Source: Lepidodermella squamata
Taxonomy: Eukaryota; Animalia; Gastrotricha
Assembly (NCBI GenBank): GCA_047495785.1
Contig: JBLDXI010000006.1
Coordinates: 62,001-126,000 of the forward strand
Direction: 5' to 3'
DNA length: 64,000 nt
The first letter of the stretch is position 1, and each line of letters opens with the position of its first letter. The notes below the pieces were generated by a model that searched no databases, was not told where the DNA came from, and was given only the letters and a program-made list of their open reading frames with translations. Made by a program: the position numbers and the translations under genes. This document shows positions 36,101 to 45,100 of the stretch, piece after piece.

Positions 36101-39100
36101 GTTGTTGAAACAATGTAAATTTGTCAACAGCTTCAGTTTTGACAAAACACTTGAGATTTTCGAGAGATATTTGAGCATTCAGGCGGCCGCGTTCATGGTA
36201 CTCATCACTAGTCATCACTTGCCCGCATCCTGAATGAAAACTGCTGAAACAAGCTGGGTCTGATATTACAAATTGAGCTTTCGAAGGATTCGAGTTGGCA
36301 TTTTCAACCCGAGAATTTTCTTTTATTGCAAGCTTTCGAACAGGCACGCTCATCGTAGCATATTTTCCAACGGAATAAATAATTTTCAGTAGCAAGTTGT
36401 TAGCCACATCCAGAACAAGTAGAGAGATCGCTCCAAGTAACTTCACTACGTACTTGAAAAGAAAGCTCAAAATCAACAGCAGGAATAGTAAAGCTGTAAG
36501 GTACAAACTTTTGTGGCCACCGCTGGTGTATACGATAAGAAATCCGGCAATGCGCAAATATACACCCATCAAGCATGAAAATCTAGTGTTTTCAATCGGC
36601 TTCGAAAGATAGAATAATGTAAAACCCACGAATGCCGATAAGATCAGTGAAATGAACACAAAATTGACACAAATTTGTCGAATGTAAGCAGCTAATCGGT
36701 GCAAAGCTAGAGTTGAGCTTAAAATAGTTGCTATGAACGCTGATGGCTTATTATTTCTGTAGCTCGAAGAAAAAAATCTAACAGAGCAAAAAACGAAAGC
36801 GATTATCGACGCTAGTACGGCCAAGATGGAACCAGTTGAATAAAACAAGAAGGGCCTCTCCGCCAGGTAAGGTGAGAAAAATACTAGTGCTGAACCGATC
36901 AAAATGAAAGCTATAAAAGAGCGAGAGAAGGGCATGAATGTGTAGGAGATTTTGTATTTCGAATCAAAGAAGCAGACGGCAAATTGAACTCGGCGGTATG
37001 GGTCAACAGCAAACTTCGAGTTTCCCAACAAACGGTCGAACATTATTGATTTCGAATAGTCCAGGACTGTATCCATAACGTTCGAAATTGAGCGCGTGGC
37101 ATTTAAACAACTGACAGTAATAAATTCGTCAGTATCTTCTGCCACCGAGATCACGACTGGTTGGGGAGATACATGCGAAGAATCTAGGCGAATAAACTGA
37201 ACCTAAATGAGGAAGTTATTTCAAATTTAGACTCGAATAAAATCTTCAATAGATAACTAACTTGACCATGCTGCCAGAAATCCAACAGTTCGTCCTGTTT
37301 GACAGGATTGAAAACGAAAACGTCAATGCTGTTAATCCCTGGCTCGATGACGGCTGACAACGAATCGGAAGAGCCAATTTCATAGCGATTGATTGAAACA
37401 AGCCCTAGAACTGGTTCGCCAAGGCACGAGAGAAACAACAACAGCGACATGACTAGGAGCTGAGAACTGTGACTATAGGCTGACATCCAGGGTCTCCAAA
37501 TTGCGTACGGGTCGATAAATCGAATAAAAATTGCGTAAATTCGAGCGAATTCGTATTGCTTTCGATCGATAGAAGGCGCAAATGAACGACGCCAAAACTA
37601 TCACTCCGATAGCCAGTAGAATTGACACAACGACCCAGTAGTTGGGAGTTGGGAGTGATAACGGTAGTGACGAGTCAGATTTGACCGATGAAGTAGGGTG
37701 GATTTGCGCCTTTGGATTGCCCTTGTTGAACAGAAACCAGTTTTCAAACGAAAAATCCGGGGATGAATTCATTTGAAGCGATAAAATTAATTAAAAAGCC
37801 ATGGTAATGCATTCAAATCTAGATTCTAGAAAATTGATAAAAAATTGAGAAATTAGCCCATTGAAGAGAAATAAATTTAATCAAGTCACACGACAATGAC
37901 AAATATAATTTTGATAAATAATAAATAATTTTTTTTGAGGTCTGCAAAACAATAATAAACAAATGGCCACAATAAATTTCTTTGAGCTCTGTCCAAGAAT
38001 TATAAATTATTATCACTTCCGTTCTGTGAAGCTATCCTGATATTCGTGGAAAGCTGATTTTTATCGAACAAGCGTCGAAGTTCAGATCAGCGCCATCGGA
38101 TGCTTTGTGAGAGTTCATCATCATCATTCGTCGTCGCCGAAGTGGTCATCGTCATCGTCATCATCGGCGTCTTCAACATCATTAACATTCGCCCCCAGCA
38201 TTAGATATTTCTGTCGAACGTCGGCTTTTCTCTTTTCAATCTCAGGCTTCTTCATTTTTGAAGGAATCTCGCCAATTTTGTCGAGATAGGGCAAAGGTAT
38301 AGCACCTACAAATCAAATTTAAATACATTTCGGAGACAGAAATATAAATGACCAAGCGCTGAATGAAATTCGATGAAAATAGGCAGACTCAGAATTAATT
38401 AGCCGAAAGATTTTAATCAAATAACCGATTTCTTGCTGTTCCAAATTTCGCAAAGTTCGCTTAATACCATGTTCCTATTGCTAGGATTTGTGCTCAAGAT
38501 CAAATTCGACCTTAACTACTAATTTGGGAGAAATTTCAACTCACCTTCTTTCACCCATTTGAACATGTCCTGCATTTTCTTGGAAGTGAGACGGAGTTCA
38601 CTAGCCACTTTAGGCGGATAGGCCATGGTTTTCTTATAGGTGAACTTCTTATTGGAATCCGTGGCGTCAAACGCTTCGTAAGGCGTTTTGTAGTCCCAAT
38701 CTTGCTTACCTTCGAGCAAGTTGTAATTATCGGTATACCTATAGCAGGAGAAGCGATTAAAAAGTCCACGTTGGCCTTTCGCGACAGGTAGATCGAATCT
38801 TTCTGTATAACTGGGCCCGTGTTTCGCGTTATGAAATTGACCGTGCTTCATTTCGCGAATGATGAAAGGCGGATCGCCGGCAATCGATGCACCCAAAATG
38901 GCGTCTAAAAAAATACAATTTGAAAAATAATCGAAAAAATCCCGACGAATTTAGCAAACAACTATCTAAAAATTTTCATTGATCACGAATCTTTAAATCA
39001 AGGCGAGCGAGCGATCTAAGAACTAAGAGTCGACAATTCTATTCGATACAACGATGGATTCTACCTCCAGAAAGGATCTTTTTAGTTAAGTGAACACCTG

Positions 39101-42100
39101 AAGTAATCCGGGACAAATACAAGTAGTTATGCCCGTGAAGACGAGCAAGAATCAGCGGTGATCTATGTCCAGGCAAGATTGTTGCTAGCTATGGCTGCTG
39201 TTCTGTTGGCTACGGCATGATTGAACACCAGGTGAAAGAGTACGTAGGACGAGCAAGAATCAGCGGTGATCTATGTCCAGGCAAGATTGTTGCTAGCTAT
39301 GGCTGCTGTTCTGTTGGCTACGGCATGATTGGACACCAGGTGAAAGAGTACGTAGGACGAGCAAGAATCAGCGGTGATCTATGTCCAGGCAAGATTGTTG
39401 CTAGCTATGGCTGCTGTTCTGTTGGCTACGGCATGATTGGACACCAGGTGAAAGAGTACGAAGTCCCTGTCACCGACGACGGCCTGTGCATCCTCGAGTA
39501 TGAATTGCAGCTGCAGACACGGCGATTACGCCACGGCTGTTATGTACGGACTAGTCATAACTTCCAGACTCGCCTTTTGGCATGAAGAACAATGAAGCAC
39601 GAACGTGAAAGAAACGAATCAGATTCGCGGCAAAATTGCATTCTCAGTCGATTCAATCCGTGTTTTAATCGAAATTCTTATCTTTACCATCCTTATCCGG
39701 CTTCGATTTAGCCAACGAGGGTAAGAGAGGTAACCATTTCAGAAGAAGGAAGCGAATAGCCCAGCTGTTAAATTCGCCGGTCTCAACTCGGAAACGTGAA
39801 GTCAAAGCAATTTCGCTAGAATATCCCGAAAAATTAAGGCGGATTACGTGACAAACGGCCGCAAAAATTCTCGAATATTCGCCGATTTTCGAAAGTTGAA
39901 TAACTGATCGAATTTCATCGATAATTCCGATTTAAATTCCGAGTGCAGTTTTCCGATTTCCGAAAAGACGCTTTCATCAGATTAGAACAAGTTCAACATT
40001 TCAGACCGGAAATTAGAATGAACAATCGGTTCGGTTTCTGCCAAACGGTAGTCAGTGAAACGCATTCTTCTCTTTATTGCGAGGAAGTTGAGCAGGGGGT
40101 TCGGCGGCAGGGTTAATTTGCAAGCGACGCGCCTCCGGTGTTAATTAAGATGATGATAACAGCCTGGATAAACCTTTTACGCCCTAGGTCATCAGGTTCG
40201 AACAACTCACTCGGCGTCAGGAATGAATTGAGTTAAGGATTAATTCCGCTGTCAAGCTACTATTCAAGCTACTATGAACTTCTATGATCAACGATTCAAT
40301 TTCGAATAATTTCGATAATCCTTAATTATTGGCTTGAATTCAACAATAACTTCAAGTTCAGAATTACTTCTCCAGTCGGTTGGGAATGCCAAGGTGCGAA
40401 TTCGTCGCGCATTCCGTTCAACGGCGCTATGAATTGTGTCGCAGGGTTGCTGAGAATGTCCGACCTAAAGGCAGGTACAATAAAAGCAGGTTTTAATAGA
40501 ATAAGCACGATTCACTCATCTCTCCCGCACTTGAAATAGCCAGGTGCCACGTACAGGTGCTAACTATGTACTAATATTGGTGGCAAGTTGCGGATCATTT
40601 CCGGATCAGAACTCGGTTAATTTCCCAGCAAAAATATTGAATTAATCATCGGCCTCCTTTTTAAAGCAGGTCCAAACTTAAAAGTTCCCACAGAAAGCCC
40701 AGGACAACCTACCTAAATAAGTCAAAACCAAGTTGCACTATAATTGAAGGGGACCTTGATATTTTCTACTAAACATAACGTCACAAGAAAGTGCTTGCTT
40801 GCTTACCACAAAAAAGCGATGTTCAACTGTTCGCAAGGCTCTTCCAGATGCTTTGGCCTCTTGAATGGCCAAATACAGAAAATTCGGAAAATAAGAGTTC
40901 TTGTTTTGACCTAAAAAAATTCAGAAAGTGCAAAATCTCAACGAAAAATTAAGCTAGCTCCAACCTCCAGCGCTATCTGACCACAAGTAGACATGTTCGA
41001 CATCAGGACTCAAGGTCTCCGTTAAATACCTAAAAGGAAAGCAGAATAATTTTGCGCTCAAGCCATTAACACCTACTTTAGAATGCAAGTTCCAACTTCA
41101 GATACGCCTTTTTTCCTAGAAAAATATAAGCGCTTGATGAAATCTCGCTTAATTGTAATTCCAATTACCCTTCATACTCCTCGAATAAATAGTGAACGGC
41201 TTCGCGGGTTACCACATTTAAAACGGTAATATCCCGAGTCTGGAGCTTCGAGTGATACCTAAAAAACACAATGATTCAAGCATTTTGAGAATCGAACTAT
41301 TGAAACTTGCTTAAATTGACAGCAGGGAGTTTCGAGATTTTTCATGAAATCAAAATTGATGACAGCTATTTTGCCGCCACTATTCTTCGCTCTTTCCACA
41401 TCCTGAGCTAAAATCCTCCTAGCGCGATGCTTTCGCTTCATGTGCTTCTCCAGCAGCTTTTTCAGCCGTTCCTGGTTCGGCTTCGAGTCTGTTTTCGATA
41501 GGGATTCAAGGCGCGCGCAAAATTTGCATTTATCAACCTGTGCCAACAGAATGAGTTAAATAATTTACCCCATTTATAAATAATCAATTAAAGAAACCTT
41601 TGGTCTTTGGAAAGCGAGTTTCGGAAAACATCGTTTGAAGATCTGTTTGAAGGTCGTAAGTGAAACGGGCTGATGCACATGCGACTTGCTAGATGTCGGC
41701 GCAGTGCTAGCGAACTCTCTTTGCAGCTTTTCTTCCTGCTCAACGTATTCGCGATGAAGAGAAGCTAAAGAATGAAAGGAATCGATGTAGTCCTTGTCCG
41801 AAGAAGCTCTTTTGTAGTGCGATGGAAGCTTCTCAATGCTCATAATGAATGAAGTAGCGGAATCAAGACGTTCTTTAGAGATCTTCCCAACGCCTTTTTT
41901 CTTCCCGCGGCCATCCGGAGCAATAACAGCTCGAAACTTTGTTTGCTTATTCATCAAGGTGTAATTAATGACATCGAAGGAGATTTGCAGCGCATTTGTA
42001 AAAAAGTAACGGCAAACCTATAACCGAAAGCTTTAAATATAAAATGTAGGAATGATCACTATACCGACCGGCTCGTCATAGGGCCTGTTATGCATTGTCT

Positions 42101-45100
42101 TGTCCAAGGCAGCTTCTGATGGCAGTCGGTACCGGTAATAGCAACGCTGTTTACCGTTCTTCACTGTCATTTGCGAAGGAATTGACACAAAGCGAGCGAT
42201 GAATTGCCTGCGATCTTTGATGTCACCTGAACGCCAGAATTCCTTGCACAGCTTTTTGATTGCTTCGTCTGTGAACTTGGTGTAGCATTTTTCCGGACAC
42301 TTGCAAATAACACGCTTCCCAATCTTAGCCCGAACCATCTTGGCAGGCCGAATAATTGTGCCATCTCGCGATTTCTGAGCTCGCTTGAGGAACTGCTTTC
42401 CACTGTTTCTCAGCTTGAACTCGCGGTCTCTATTACGGGACTAGAAATGCAATAATGACAAGAGATACAAATTGCTGGAAATTCAAGCTTACCTTTCTCA
42501 CTCGTGGATCGACATGAGAGGGAAGCTTCGGTTTAGCCAATTCGCGTAAATGTCGTGGCAAAGACGGTGCCATATCGACGCCTGCATTTAATAAATTTCC
42601 TACAAAATACAACAACACAAATTTATATTTATTGAACATTCGGCATTGAGATGTCGGTTATTGAGAAATACTTTCCATTAAGTTCCATGAGAATAATAAC
42701 AAGAGAGCGATAAATCTGTTCTTGAGCTAAAACAGGTTGGCATCCATGATGATTGAAAGGATCTATCGTTATCAGAGATCAGTTGATCAGAAAGCCAATG
42801 ATAAAAAAATTTATTATAAGAAACGAAAGGCAAGATTTTAAAGTGACTAAAACGCAAGCAAGACGACAGCCAAATTATTTTCAAAACAGGCAAGAGAAAC
42901 GTGATTGGCGGTGAAGGTAGCTGCTAGCTGCGAGACTGGATTAAGCGCGCCTCTGTCTCGTCGATCTGATGGGAAAGTTGGCGAGGTCTTTGGCCAACTG
43001 ATCGGTCTGAGCATACTTCCGAGGATTATTCTCCTTATCGGTAAGAGCATAGACCATCAGATCGTTCTCCTGATTTACCTCGACCGGTGTAGGAGCAGTA
43101 GCGACCTTGCCTGACAAGAAAGCTGGCCATTTCAGCCATATTGGGCGGCGAAATAAAGCAGCCATGGCTTCCTCACGCTTGCAAGCCCAATATGCATACG
43201 CTAGAAGTACATAACGCACAATCAGCACAATTAGATGAGCGTCAAGGCCAGCATCGCTGATCGCCTCAGAGGATTGCGTAATGTACCATTCTATCGCTGC
43301 CATGGGGAAGAAGCTAGACGTGAGCAGGCAACGTTTGAAGGTAGCGGAAAAGAAAAACAGCGACCAATAAAACAACGTTTGGGTCTCAAAAAAATCCTCA
43401 GTGAAGACTGGAAACACTTGCGATAACGCGGATTTAACAGCCGCCGTTTCAAAAGAGCTCTCGAGGGCTTTTTGGGCCGATTGGTAAGACTGAAGTACGG
43501 ACTTTTTGAAGAGCAAGTCGACAAAAAAGTGTTGAGTGTACTCGCTTACAATCTAAATGAGAATTATAAAGCAAATAAGTACAATTTATCCGTCAGAATT
43601 TAATACACACTAACCGGGGTCCAGGGCGATTTCGTGTAGTTGAGGTAGCAGCAGACGGCGCTTGCATCGCTATAAGCTTCAAGGAGAGAGCTCAAAGCTT
43701 CATGATTTCCGCTAACCTTTGGCAGCAGCTTAGCTATAGTTGGTTTTAGTGGCAGTTTGTCATCGGCCTTGGCTTGGTAACAATTATACAGCATCGAGGC
43801 TAAATGGGTCCGGCTGTCTTCAGGCAAAGGCCATTTGCAGCCATCAGAGGCAGTGAAGGTCAGCCAAGCCTCGACACAAGCCTTGCCGGTGCCTTTGTAT
43901 TTTTTAAGGCGATCCATCGACCGAGAACCAGGCTCTTTGTCGCGAAAAGTGCAGCCCTTGAGTTTATCATCGACCTCCTCCGACTTGACACCATCAAACA
44001 CAGAGACGGATGACGGTTTCATTGATGGTAACTCGGCTATTTCATCATTATCATTATCCCCCGAGGGCTCAAGTCTTCCCGCTCCCGGCTCCGCCTTCTC
44101 AAACTTAGCGAGAACAGCATTGACAGTGGATAACACATCCTTGTTGTCTTTGTCATGCTTAAGAACAGCTGCCAGGGTTTCCAGCACATTGAGCGCGCTC
44201 TGAGTGTTTGTAGCAGCTGTGGTTGTCTTAGTCCTAGCTACAGAAGTTGACGATCTGGACGGGGATGGAGTGACGCTGGCTCCGACGACGATGGAAGACG
44301 GAATAGTCGTATCTGTTTTTACCAATGGTTCGGTAAACCAATTGGCGCGCTTGAACAGTTGCTTTGCATTTGGATGAAGAGCAAAGCAGCACAAATACTC
44401 GGACTCTCCGTACAACCAAGTGAATGTCGGAAATGAAACTTCGTCGACTTTCGCTGCGCAAGACTTTAGGGTATCCGCCTTAGGGCTGCAGGTCCCCTTG
44501 CTGTAGCAGTCGAACAAAGACAGTGCCCTGACAACGCGGAGCGAAGTTTCACCTGAGCAACCACAGATGCCGGCGGTGCTTTCCATTAACTTCAACTGTT
44601 CAGTAAGGCAGGACCTGAGGTTAGCGTCCTTCAGCTGAGCAACCTTTTCGTAGAAGCGATGGCCATGCGAATACAGCAACTGCCAATCGGTCGCAATGGA
44701 AGTGGCAGGTGCTGCAGTTGACGCCAACTTGGTCGGTTTGGTTGCTGATGCCGTGGCGGACTTGCTGCTGGTTGCTTGCGTAGAAGTCGACGGGGATAAC
44801 GTACTAACTGTCGTGTCAGCTGTAGCCGACCCATCGTCTTCGTTATCAGCTTCATCACGTCCATCATCGCCGTCAGGTTGACCGTTTTCCTGTTCTTGCG
44901 GCTTTTGATCTCGCTTTAGGCGGATATGACTGCGGAGCAAGATCGACTCAGGGACGGACTCTGAGGCGTCCTGTGCAATCAACCCAAAGATGAGCAGCAC
45001 GGCAAGCGGAATAACTTGCATATCAATAAATTTAGCCGATAAATCTATAAAAGTGGAAAATAACGACACAAGTATCAATTGTTTTATGCCTGCAAGATAT

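Noticed and set aside
39140-39460. Possible CRISPR array
   Set aside because: Units are contiguous 108-bp tandem copies with no unique spacers, the context is eukaryotic, and there are no cas genes.
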